A stretch of DNA of 64,000 bases from Candidatus Freyarchaeum deiterrae (GCA_037305845.1 CP147778.1:2080001-2144000); one strand, 5' to 3'; shown: positions 41,082 to 49,968, counted from the first letter of the stretch. The notes: generated by a model not told the origin, from the sequence alone. A program made the numbers and translations.

Positions 41082-41687
41082 TCAAATTTTTCTGAAATTC
41101 TTGGCTACAATGTACATTTCCGCGCTAGTTTTTCTGGATGCTTCCGGTTTAGTGGTTCTAACATAGCTGAAATATTGGCGAATTTCTTCTAGGAATTTTG
41201 GGTATTCACTTCCCTGAAAGGCCTTCATGACGAGGTTTCCTCCTTTTTTAAGGACTCTTCTGGCTATGTTTAATGAAGTTCTGGCAAGGAATACTTGTCG
41301 CTCATGGTCGACGCTCCAAATTCCGCTCACGTTGGGTGAACAGTCGCTCAAAACAACATCGAACTCTTCCGAAACGCTCAGAATCTTTTTCATAGTTTCC
41401 TCTTCAAGAATATCACCGCGGATAAAAGTCACGCCGTCTATATTCGAAACTCTGTTAATATCCACTCCCACAACAATTCCCTCATCCCCTAATTCCTCCT
41501 TAGTGATCTGTAACCAACCACCGGGAGCGCAGCATAAATCCAAAACAGCCTTCGCACCGCTTAAAATTCCATACTTTGCATTGAGTTGCCTTAGTTTATA
41601 AGATGCACGTGACCGATAGCCCTCCCTGTGAGCCTTGTAATAATAGTAATCCTTACGTCTCAGTTCAGTCGCACGCTCCGTAAATAT
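41082..41687 (-). CDS. rlmE: 23S rRNA Um2552 2'-O-methyltransferase RlmE (FtsJ)
   Basis: The frame extends beyond the ORF-track start: RRKDYYYYKAHREGYRSRASYKL...VLDLCCAPGGW, SDCSP, KPEASR..SAEMY; no ATG/GTG/TTG before the conserved N-terminus. Confidence 0.88.
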   Translation of the reverse strand: MFTERATELRRKDYYYYKAHREGYRSRASYKLRQLNAKYGILSGAKAVLDLCCAPGGWLQITKEELGDEGIVVGVDINRVSNIDGVTFIRGDILEEETMKKILSVSEEFDVVLSDCSPNVSGIWSVDHERQVFLARTSLNIARRVLKKGGNLVMKAFQGSEYPKFLEEIRQYFSYVRTTKPEASRKTSAEMYIVAKNFRKI

Positions 41688-41921
41688 TTAATTACATCTA
41701 TTGAAATTTGAGCAACTTAATAAAACTTCTTTCATTAAAGATTTAGAATCTATTGCCTTGTTAGACTTTTCTTAAACTTGTTCCATTCATTTGATTTTTG
41801 CAAATTTATTAAAAAAATATCAATTTATTTATAAGTAAGATTTTTAACCATGTCTCCTATATCGTTATTTCAACAACACAATCGACGGATTAACCAAGTC
41901 CTTTAATTTACTCCCTAGATT

Positions 41922-42824
41922 ATGGTGGGAAACTTGACAGAAAATGAAGCGGCGGAAAATGAAGAGTTCTACAAAGCTAAGATTTCTTCTCTGATAAAAG
42001 AGCGTATTCCTATTATTGAGGAGCTTAAAAGGCTGAGGGAGAGTTCCGAGGAGTACAAGCAGAAGAGGAACGAAAAAAATCGGGAAGTGCAATTAATCGC
42101 ACAGCAAATAAAAGAAATACGTGGGGGGAATGACGAATCCGGCTCTAGGCTGAATCAGCTGAAAGCGGAAAAAGAAAAATTATACGAGAGGGTTGAGGAG
42201 CTTTCCTCCGAAATAAGGGAGCAGAAAAATAAATTGAAACCTTTGGATTTTAACGGCGAACAGTTGAGGAAAAAAAGGGACGAGCTTGAATGGAAACAGC
42301 AAACGACCACGCTATCCTTGGAAGAAGAAAACGCTATTGTCAAAGAGATAGACGAAATTGAAGCCATCTTGCCGGATTATACAGAAAACCTTGAGCTACA
42401 GGAAACTGTTCTTGCTCCACTGAGGAAAGAAATGGCGGAAACTTGGGAAAAGATTAATTCCATAAAAAAAGAGATGCAGGAAGAATACGACAAAAACAAG
42501 CCGCAATTTGACCAAGCGAAGCTTCTTTATGCCAAAAGAGATGAGGTGCGGACCCTCGCGGACATCGATCACAAAAATTACATTGAAATACTCCAGAAAA
42601 TAATCCAATACGAGGATCAGCTAACAAAAATGGAAGATGAGATATCACTCCTGAAGATCCAGCGAATAAAAATGCAACGCGATAAGAGGGAGAACGCGAT
42701 AAAAGAAAAAAGAAGGAAAGCGGAAGAATTAATCCAGAACAAGGTAAAACAAGCCCAAGAAAAGCTTGAAAAGAAAAAGCGAGTAACCCTCCAAGAATTA
42801 AAACTCGCAATGGGTGAACTGTAA
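41922..42824 (+). CDS. Archaeal coiled-coil protein (COG1340-like)
   Basis: Long heptad pattern, LEWKQQTTTLSLEEE and C-terminal KKRVTLQEL. Confidence 0.75.
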   Translation: MVGNLTENEAAENEEFYKAKISSLIKERIPIIEELKRLRESSEEYKQKRNEKNREVQLIAQQIKEIRGGNDESGSRLNQLKAEKEKLYERVEELSSEIREQKNKLKPLDFNGEQLRKKRDELEWKQQTTTLSLEEENAIVKEIDEIEAILPDYTENLELQETVLAPLRKEMAETWEKINSIKKEMQEEYDKNKPQFDQAKLLYAKRDEVRTLADIDHKNYIEILQKIIQYEDQLTKMEDEISLLKIQRIKMQRDKRENAIKEKRRKAEELIQNKVKQAQEKLEKKKRVTLQELKLAMGEL

Positions 42825-42879
42825 TCCCCTTTTTAAAAAGTCATCTAATACCCTGATAAAATCAGTCAGAGGAATCTAA

Positions 42880-44352
42880 ATGACAAAATTGAATCTCAAC
42901 CCCCTATTTTACCCCAAAACTGTAGCTGTAGTCGGAGCTACCGATACTCCCTTCAAATACGGCAACCTTTACATGCATGCCTTAATACACCGAGGCTTTC
43001 CGAAAGAGCATCTATATCCCATAAATCCCAACGAAAAAGAAGCCTTCGGGATAAAGGCATATCCCAGAGTGCAAGACGTACCAGAACCTCTCGACCTGGT
43101 TTTTTTTACTATACCCAAAAAGCTAGCCATACAGACCATAAAGGACTGCGTGGAAGCTAAAGCCAAATTCGTAGCCATGTTCACATCGGGCTTCTCAGAA
43201 AGCACCTCAGAACGAGAAGAAGGTAAAAAACTGGAGGGAGAACTTCTAGAAATAATCTCCCAAGGCAACACGAGAATAGTAGGTCCAAATGGTATGGGTG
43301 TTTACTCATTTGATGGAAAAGTTTCCTACCCCTATATGTACATCCCTCCGGATGATGGTCCAGTATCATTCATCAGCCAGAGTGGAGGGCTAACCATTGA
43401 ATTAGCAAGTGTGGCCGATTTCTGGTCCAACATACGTTTCAATAAAATGGTTAGTTTTGGGAATGCAATAAATCTGGAATCCACAGATTTTTTGGAATAT
43501 TTTACAGAGGATCAAAAAACCAAAGTAATAAACATCTACATAGAAGGAGTGAAAAACGGTCCCCGATTTTTTAAAGCTTTGAAAGAAGCGGTTAATGTTA
43601 AACCGGTAGTGGTCTGGAAAGGAGGCTGGACAGCAGCAGGCTCACGAGCCACACTTTCACACACCGGTTCCCTCGCAGGATCAAACACAATTTGGGGAGT
43701 AGTATTCAAACAAGCAGGAGCCGTACAAGTATACAGCATGGAAGAGCTTTGCGACGTCACCATGGCTTTCCTCAGAATTAATCCACCCAAAGGATTAAAC
43801 ACAGCAATTTTGGGCGCAGGCGGAGGCCGAAGCGTTGTCTCAACAGATGAACTGGAGAGTGCGGGTTTGAGAGCTCCTCCCTTTAGTCCAGAAACCAAAG
43901 AAGAACTGTGCAAAATAGTTCCGGATACAGGAACCGGTATATCCAATCCTATCGATTGTTCCTACTTCGTTTACTCCGATTTAGACATGTATGCTAAACT
44001 ACTAAAATTGGTGGACGCTGATCCAAGTATTGACCTAGTACTGCTTCAACACGAGGTAATGTGGGCTGAAAGAAATGAACAACTCTTTAAAATAGTCAAA
44101 GAAACCAAAGAAAAACTAGAAAAGCCCTTTGCAATGGTTCTAATTGCTTCCGCAGGTCCGAGGAAGTATACGCCTGAACTTGAGGCTGAACGTTTAAAAA
44201 TTATAAAACAATACCTCGAAGCAGGTTTCCTAATATACCCCTCAATAAACAGAGCATCGAATGCAATCTATAAGATGATGCAATACTACAAGTTTCAGGA
44301 ATGCCACAGAAAACCTGAAGAGGCTGCCGAAATCCAACTTAAGGCTGCATAA
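42880..44352 (+). CDS. ADP-forming acyl-CoA synthetase alpha-like subunit (paralog 3)
   Basis: VAVVGA, VGPNGMG, ISQSGG, SHTGSLAG, NPID. Confidence 0.88.
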   Translation: MTKLNLNPLFYPKTVAVVGATDTPFKYGNLYMHALIHRGFPKEHLYPINPNEKEAFGIKAYPRVQDVPEPLDLVFFTIPKKLAIQTIKDCVEAKAKFVAMFTSGFSESTSEREEGKKLEGELLEIISQGNTRIVGPNGMGVYSFDGKVSYPYMYIPPDDGPVSFISQSGGLTIELASVADFWSNIRFNKMVSFGNAINLESTDFLEYFTEDQKTKVINIYIEGVKNGPRFFKALKEAVNVKPVVVWKGGWTAAGSRATLSHTGSLAGSNTIWGVVFKQAGAVQVYSMEELCDVTMAFLRINPPKGLNTAILGAGGGRSVVSTDELESAGLRAPPFSPETKEELCKIVPDTGTGISNPIDCSYFVYSDLDMYAKLLKLVDADPSIDLVLLQHEVMWAERNEQLFKIVKETKEKLEKPFAMVLIASAGPRKYTPELEAERLKIIKQYLEAGFLIYPSINRASNAIYKMMQYYKFQECHRKPEEAAEIQLKAA

Positions 44353-44399
44353 ACAATAATATGAGTCACTTTTTTCTTATATACTATTTTTAACTATAA

Positions 44400-44864
44400 C
44401 TACTCTTCTGTGAAGGTGGCTATTGAACCCTCAGCCTCTTCCACTGAAACTTTAAATTTAAAGTCTTTGAGAGAGGATTGTTTTAACTGCTTGTAGATAT
44501 ACTCAGATATTTTCTCTACAGTTGTAGCTTCAATCGGCAACAGCAAAGCGTCGTCTTTTGGGAAAACGTATCTCCTTTTGTTTGCTACTACTTCCATTTC
44601 CTTTCCCATTTCTTTTATTTCAATATCCTTCGCCTTAGTTGGGATGAGTATGTGGTGATCCATTTTCTGACAAATCTCCCTCGCTATATTTCTTATATCC
44701 ATAAAGTCAACTATCATCTGCTGACCGTTCAACTCATTTGCCTCAATCTCAATAGTTACCCTATAGTTGTGTCCGTGTAGGCGTTCACACTTTGGGTGAC
44801 GCATTAAAAAGTGCGCTGCAGAAAAATTTAGATCCGCTCTGGTCACGACAAGTTTATACGGCAT
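44400..44864 (-). CDS. queD: 6-carboxy-5,6,7,8-tetrahydropterin synthase
   Basis: FSAAH, CERLHGHNY, DF, DH, TTVE; downstream of queE. Confidence 0.9.
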   Translation of the reverse strand: MPYKLVVTRADLNFSAAHFLMRHPKCERLHGHNYRVTIEIEANELNGQQMIVDFMDIRNIAREICQKMDHHILIPTKAKDIEIKEMGKEMEVVANKRRYVFPKDDALLLPIEATTVEKISEYIYKQLKQSSLKDFKFKVSVEEAEGSIATFTEE

Positions 44865-45085
44865 CTTTTCAAACTTCCCTAAAATGTTCTTGTTTTAGTT
44901 ACTTTACGCTCTTACAAAAATTTCATCCCTGTATTTCCTTGCAATCATCTCAATAAATACTTTTAACTCTTACTAAACAATTTTGCTTCACGAAAAAATA
45001 TTCTTGTTACCTAGGTTATTAATAAATCTTCATCCAATATTCCGTGAAATTAACTTGAAATGCAAACGAAATTCTCTTTAGTACT

Positions 45086-45970
45086 TTAAAGAATCCCTAT
45101 AACCTTGTGAGCTTGAATCGAGAGCGAAATATCTTTTTTATCAAGATACTTTGACGCAGTCTCCGTGAACTGGAATAATTGTTTTATCGTGGGTTTCTCT
45201 TTTACTTCCCCGAATGGTGTCACAATCTGTATGCATAATGGGCATCCAATCTTGGCTAGTTCCAATGCGTACCATTCAATATTCTCTGATTTCGTCTCAG
45301 AAGTGACTACAACCTTGGCGAATGTCTTCTTTTTCGCATCCATAAAAATTTTCATAGTTTGGAATTCTCTCTCCACAAGAGCGCTCCAGTCGGAGGCAGC
45401 TCCCGCTGTTTCGTCTTTGATATCACAACAGCAATACTCAAAAAGATCAACAATTTTCAATGCGCAATTGGGCAAAGACCCGTTAGTCTCAAGAAAAAGA
45501 TTGTACCCGCCCGATACAAGTAACTCCGAAACTTCCTTTAGGAAATCTGTTTGATGCAAAGGCTCTCCACCAGTAAATGAAATTGAATGAAGATCCGGAG
45601 TTTCAATCCTTTTCAAATATTCGTACAACCTATCTGAGTCTATAGGGTTTGAAAATAGCGTGAACTCTCCGGTGCCTGGGTTTTCTTCCATTCTGAATTG
45701 CTGCATTTCCGGATTTTGAGCTCCAGGCGAGTGGCGTCTTTAGAGCGTACTCCACAAGATGTCGCACCACCTGCAGCCCTCGGTTCCGAATTCTCCTAAG
45801 GCTAGGTTGCAGCCCGCTAATCGAGCGATTCGACGAAAGGATAAAACTCATCCTTCCTATATCTGACGCTTCCCATAACACGAGCCGCTGACATTGCCTC
45901 CTTCCCCTTTACCTCCCTCTTAAGGGATCTGGTAGGAGGAGAACATCTCAGCGACCCATCCCTTAACCAA
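45086..45970 (-). CDS. queE: 7-carboxy-7-deazaguanine synthase (radical SAM), four exons: 45970-45929, 45907-45859, 45828-45761, 45730-45086; 267 aa after splicing
   Basis: Spliced N-terminus MVKGWVAEMFSSYQ|GEGGNVSGSCYGKRQI|FARLAGCNLALGEFGTEGCRWCD|SPGAQNPEMQQF, then FTGGEP, LETNG, QAHK; TTG start after a GAGGTGA SD. Confidence 0.9.
45731..45760 (-). other. queE intron 3 (30 nt, near-canonical BHB)
   Basis: CAGGUG-G-UGCG-AC^A-[UCUU-G-UGGAG(UACG)CUCUA-AAGA]-CGCC-AC^U-CGCCUG; in-frame UAA; removal gives UGG UGC GAC UCG CCU (WCDSP). Confidence 0.85.
45829..45858 (-). other. queE intron 2 (30 nt, relaxed BHB)
   Basis: AGAU-AU^A-[GGAAGGAUGA(GUU)UUAUCCUUUC]-GUCG-AA^U-CGCU; central helix pairs 3/4; introduces in-frame UAG and UGA; removal gives CAG AUA UUC GCU CGA (QIFAR). 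Confidence 0.82.
45908..45928 (-). other. queE intron 1 (21 nt, canonical BHB)
   Basis: RNA UCC-UACC-AG^A-UCCCU(UAAG)AGGGA-GGUA-AA^G-GGG: 4-bp central helix UACC/GGUA and two 3-nt bulges; contains in-frame UAA; removal gives CAG GGG GAA GGA (QGEG). Confidence 0.9.
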
Positions 45971-46165
45971 TAACATCACCTCGAAATAGATACAAGCATA
46001 AGGTTTTCTAATTAACTCAGTTTCTGAGTCAAGAAGTCTTTTTTACTTTAAATTTGTTTGGCAGTTGATATAAACTTTTATTCGATAAAGCTTATGTATC
46101 TGTTTCTGCTTTATTGATGTGGATTCTCCCTGAGGCTGATCTTTATGTCTTTAGTAGGACTTTTG

Positions 46166-46567
46166 ATGGGTAAAATGGAGCTTCGGTTGTGCAATGCGAG
46201 GTCTCTTGAGCAAAACAAAATGATGGTTGAAAAACCAGGCTCAAAAAGCTATGTTGAATCAACAGCGGTTGTGCTACTAGGCAAAGATGATATGGGCCAT
46301 TACGGTCTTAAAAACGGAGATACTGTTAAGGTAACAACAAAGTTTGGAACGGTGGTTGTTAAAGCCTACCAAACAGACGAAACAAAAAAGGGAATAGCGC
46401 TCATGCCTAACGGACCGTGGTTCAACTCGATAACCGACCCAGACATAGACGTAACTGGTTTTAACTCCTACTACGTGTTAAACGCCAGTATAGAAACCAC
46501 AAATGAAGAAGTTCTGGATACAGAAAAATTCTTTGAAAAGCTACTGAGAGAGGACGCTCATGAGTGA
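46166..46567 (+). CDS. fwdD: Formylmethanofuran dehydrogenase subunit D-like (molybdopterin dinucleotide-binding domain)
   Basis: GDTVKVTTKFGTVVV, MPNGPWFN; overlaps the fwdA start; start uncertain (46145-46175). Confidence 0.75.
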   Translation: MGKMELRLCNARSLEQNKMMVEKPGSKSYVESTAVVLLGKDDMGHYGLKNGDTVKVTTKFGTVVVKAYQTDETKKGIALMPNGPWFNSITDPDIDVTGFNSYYVLNASIETTNEEVLDTEKFFEKLLREDAHE

Positions 46568-48161
46568 ATCACTTCTTTTAAAGAACGGCTTCGTGTTTGA
46601 CCCCAAAAATAATGTGAATGGGGAACGTATGGATATAGCCGTAAAAAACGGCGTGATAGTTGAATCGGTAAAGGAAAAGGGCAGCAAGGTCGTGGATGCC
46701 CAAGGAAAAATGGTTTTTCCCGGTGGGATAGATATCCACACCCATATTGCCTCTCAGCATGTTAATTTTGGACGAATGCTATACCCCTCAGTATCAGGTA
46801 AGATCCTTCCTACCTCCCCCGAAGTAGGGCTAATGTACGCAAAAATGGGCTACACATTCGCACTTGAAGCCGCAGTGTCACCAACAAAAGCTTTACACAC
46901 TCACCTGGAATTCTCAGATATACCCATATTAGACTACGCGTGTCTGCTAGTCTTAGATTCATACTGGTATCTATTACAAGACGTTAGAAAAAAGTCCGTA
47001 GAAGAAGCTGCCACAATTATATCATGGCTGCTGGAATCGACCAAGACCTATGGAGTCAAACTGGTTGATCCCTTATCAAGTGAAATGTGGAGTTTCAAAA
47101 AAGAAATAACAAGCTTAGAAGAACCCATAAAGCTCCTCGGAGTATCTCCCCTGGATGTCATTCAAACACTAGGAAGAGCAAACGAATACCTAGGACTACC
47201 TCATCCAGTTCACATACATCCCAACGAAGCCGGAAAACCCGGAAACTACGAAACAACCCTCAAAACACTGAAGGCAATGGAAGAAGTAAGCCCCAATAAA
47301 AAACAGAGATCGGTACATTTAGCACACGCTCAATTGCACAGCTACGGGGGAAGCGAAGCAATCGAATCCAAAGCAGACCAAATAGCAGAATACATAAACA
47401 CCCACCCAAACGTGGAAGCAGACATTGGACAGATGGTGCCCCACGAAACAATAAGCCTTTACGCAGACAACCCCTTCCTAACCAGAATCGCGAAAGGAAA
47501 AAACATATTTACCGACCAAGTAGAAATGGAAGCAAGTTTCGGGGCAGCACTAACGGAATACACAATGGACGCAACCGGCAGCGTAATGTGGGCAACTGGT
47601 CTAGAACTAGCACTTAGCATAAAAGACCCATGGCAGATTCAGTTATCCGTAGATCATCCAAACCTAGGAATAATCACAGACTACCCACAAATCATTGCAT
47701 GGCTCATAAGCAAAAAAACCCGGGACGAAGTAAAACTAGAAGTGGATACATCACTGCCCTCTATGGATAGGGAATACTCGCTGTACGAAATAGCAATAAT
47801 AACCCGTGCAAGTCCAGCTCAATCACTTAGCTTACCCAACAAAGGAAACCTCTCAACTGGGTCAGACGCAGATATCGCGGTATACGATTTCAACCCTGAA
47901 ACCCAAGACCCCACAAAGGAAACAGAAGCCCTGATAAAAGCCTTCACCCAAACTTCCTACACTATAAAAAGCGGAGTAATGGTCATGAAGGAAGGAGAAG
48001 TCCTCGTAAAACCAAGAGGAAAAACCTACTGGGCGCACAGAGACGGAATCAGTTTTCCAGAAAAAAGGATAACGGAAATGCAGCGCTACTACTCACTTGA
48101 CATCAACAGCCTAAAAATCCCAAGGGAACTACTCCACAGCTCCCAAGAAGTAACATACTGA
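46560..48161 (+). CDS. fwdA: Formylmethanofuran dehydrogenase subunit A-like amidohydrolase
   Basis: GIDIHTH, YAKMGYT, GVKLV, HPVHIH, HLAH, VDHPN, IITRASPA, DADIAVYD. Confidence 0.85.
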   Translation: MSESLLLKNGFVFDPKNNVNGERMDIAVKNGVIVESVKEKGSKVVDAQGKMVFPGGIDIHTHIASQHVNFGRMLYPSVSGKILPTSPEVGLMYAKMGYTFALEAAVSPTKALHTHLEFSDIPILDYACLLVLDSYWYLLQDVRKKSVEEAATIISWLLESTKTYGVKLVDPLSSEMWSFKKEITSLEEPIKLLGVSPLDVIQTLGRANEYLGLPHPVHIHPNEAGKPGNYETTLKTLKAMEEVSPNKKQRSVHLAHAQLHSYGGSEAIESKADQIAEYINTHPNVEADIGQMVPHETISLYADNPFLTRIAKGKNIFTDQVEMEASFGAALTEYTMDATGSVMWATGLELALSIKDPWQIQLSVDHPNLGIITDYPQIIAWLISKKTRDEVKLEVDTSLPSMDREYSLYEIAIITRASPAQSLSLPNKGNLSTGSDADIAVYDFNPETQDPTKETEALIKAFTQTSYTIKSGVMVMKEGEVLVKPRGKTYWAHRDGISFPEKRITEMQRYYSLDINSLKIPRELLHSSQEVTY

Positions 48162-48444
48162 ACAAGAAACAAGACCAAATCTGTAATTTTTAATCAAAAA
48201 AAACTATTTTCCAAAAAGAAACACAAAAATAGAAAAAAAGTGCAACAGGCACTTAAAATTATCTACTTTTTAACAATAGTTTTTGAGTTTCTCTCCCAAT
48301 TAGGATTCGTATCCAAACATAATAAATAAGCTGCTGAAATCAATAAAAACTTAAAAAAAATTTTAAAAAGGAGACATAATCTCCGTAATGGAAGTTAGAA
48401 CGAATTATGCGCACAGTCTTATCAAAATATGAGGTGAATTACGA

Positions 48445-49968
48445 ATGCAATTTTTCCCCTTGTGGACAGAAGAGCAAAAAAATTTTGCCCAAGAATTAGA
48501 GCAATTCGCCACTGAAAACGTACCCCTAGCTGAAGAATTTTTTTGGCAGAGAATATTTCCTGAGGAGATACATGAAAAAGCAAGAAAAAAAGGATACTTC
48601 GGAGCAGGTATCCCACAAGAGTACGGCGGCTTAGGACTAGGAGCCACCGGATCCTGCATAGCTTGCGAACAGTTAAACCGAATGTATACGGTTGGACACC
48701 TCCTAGTAACCAGCTACATTGGAGGGCTCCACCAAATTCTACACAACGGCACCGAGGAACAGAAACAAGAATGGCTAACAAAAATGGCCCAAGGACAGCT
48801 GGGAGCAGTCTGCATAACCGAAGTCTTCGCGGGTTCAGACGCTGCTTCAATAATGACCACCGCTGAAAAAGACGGTGATGAATGGATAATCAACGGTAAA
48901 AAGAGATTCACCACAACCGCAGGACCAGCAGATAGATATCTCGTATACACAAAAACAAGCGATGACCCAGAAGTCAGGAGAAAGAACCAACACCTAACAA
49001 CCTTTGTGGTGGAAAAAGGAACCCCCGGATTCCACCTAGAGAAGGTTAATGCGCTCGTTGGGTTTGACAATCTGCCCAACAGTTACTTGGATTTTGAAGA
49101 TGTTAGAGTGCCTGACTTTAATAGGATTGGTCCCGTTGGTAGTGGTTGGAACACAATGGCAACGGGGCTTAACTTCGAGAGGCTGATCGCTGCCGCTGCA
49201 GCTGTGGGTCCTCTGGAAGACGTTATAAAACTAGTGATCTATTACACCAACAGGCGTGTACAATTCAGATCGACAATATCTGATTTCGAGCACAGCCAGT
49301 TCAAGATTGCTGACATGATAACTAAACATCAAATTGCACGTCTTATAACCTACTACTCTGCGTATATCATGGACCAGGGTCAGATGGCTGCGATTGAATC
49401 AGGCATAGCAAAAATGCTGAGCACCGATTACTGCACGGAGATCGGCGTTGACGCCATCCAACTAACAGGCGGTGACGGTCTCACAAAGTTCTATCCTGTT
49501 GAGAGGCTGATTCGTGAAGGCAAGATAGGTCAGATTGTGGCTGGTACAAATGAGGTTCAGAAGCTCGTCATCTACCGGATGGGCGCTTTAGCCTATTTGA
49601 ATTGGCCCTTCCGACTGCGATGGGACGAAAAATTGGAAACCCCCACACTAAAGCTCGGACATGGACCGTGGTATGGCAAGAAAATAAATGAGGACATAAT
49701 GCTTAAAATCTTAGCGGAAGATTACAGGTGCAACCCTGGACTCTACATGGCTGTAGATGACTGTGAGAAAGAAACCGGTCTTGCGAAGGATAAAATCCTT
49801 GAACTCTGGGCTAAGCTTGAGGAGCAGAAGATGATAGTCACATTCAAAGACAGACGCGGAAATGTCACAATGGCGAAAGCAAACTACACAGGAATCAGAA
49901 AAGCAAACCCACTCGACCACTATAGGTGGTACCCAGACTGGTTCGACATCGAGAAAATGGGCTTCTAA
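48445..49968 (+). CDS. Acyl-CoA dehydrogenase with C-terminal extension
   Basis: IPQEYGGLG, ITEVFAGSD, INGKKRFTT, RVQF, GGDG, AGTNEVQK. Confidence 0.9.
   Translation: MQFFPLWTEEQKNFAQELEQFATENVPLAEEFFWQRIFPEEIHEKARKKGYFGAGIPQEYGGLGLGATGSCIACEQLNRMYTVGHLLVTSYIGGLHQILHNGTEEQKQEWLTKMAQGQLGAVCITEVFAGSDAASIMTTAEKDGDEWIINGKKRFTTTAGPADRYLVYTKTSDDPEVRRKNQHLTTFVVEKGTPGFHLEKVNALVGFDNLPNSYLDFEDVRVPDFNRIGPVGSGWNTMATGLNFERLIAAAAAVGPLEDVIKLVIYYTNRRVQFRSTISDFEHSQFKIADMITKHQIARLITYYSAYIMDQGQMAAIESGIAKMLSTDYCTEIGVDAIQLTGGDGLTKFYPVERLIREGKIGQIVAGTNEVQKLVIYRMGALAYLNWPFRLRWDEKLETPTLKLGHGPWYGKKINEDIMLKILAEDYRCNPGLYMAVDDCEKETGLAKDKILELWAKLEEQKMIVTFKDRRGNVTMAKANYTGIRKANPLDHYRWYPDWFDIEKMGF

Noticed and set aside
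45776-45808. The extra residues in the CX11CX2C motif as a fourth intron
   Set aside because: Some pairing is possible but there is no two-bulge BHB geometry and no stop codon, so I treat it as coding.
45630-45881. 83-aa ORF in the ORF track
   Set aside because: Off-frame artefact overlapping the queE exons and introns.
45731-45970. queE as a decayed pseudogene or a stop-readthrough/recoding gene
   Set aside because: The stops arise only from three discrete structured inserts and the exons are intact. Readthrough would leave 7-10-aa insertions inside the catalytic motifs.
46015-46029. ACTCAG-TTT-CTGAGT palindrome between queE and fwdD
   Set aside because: Short and single-copy; cannot be distinguished from chance.
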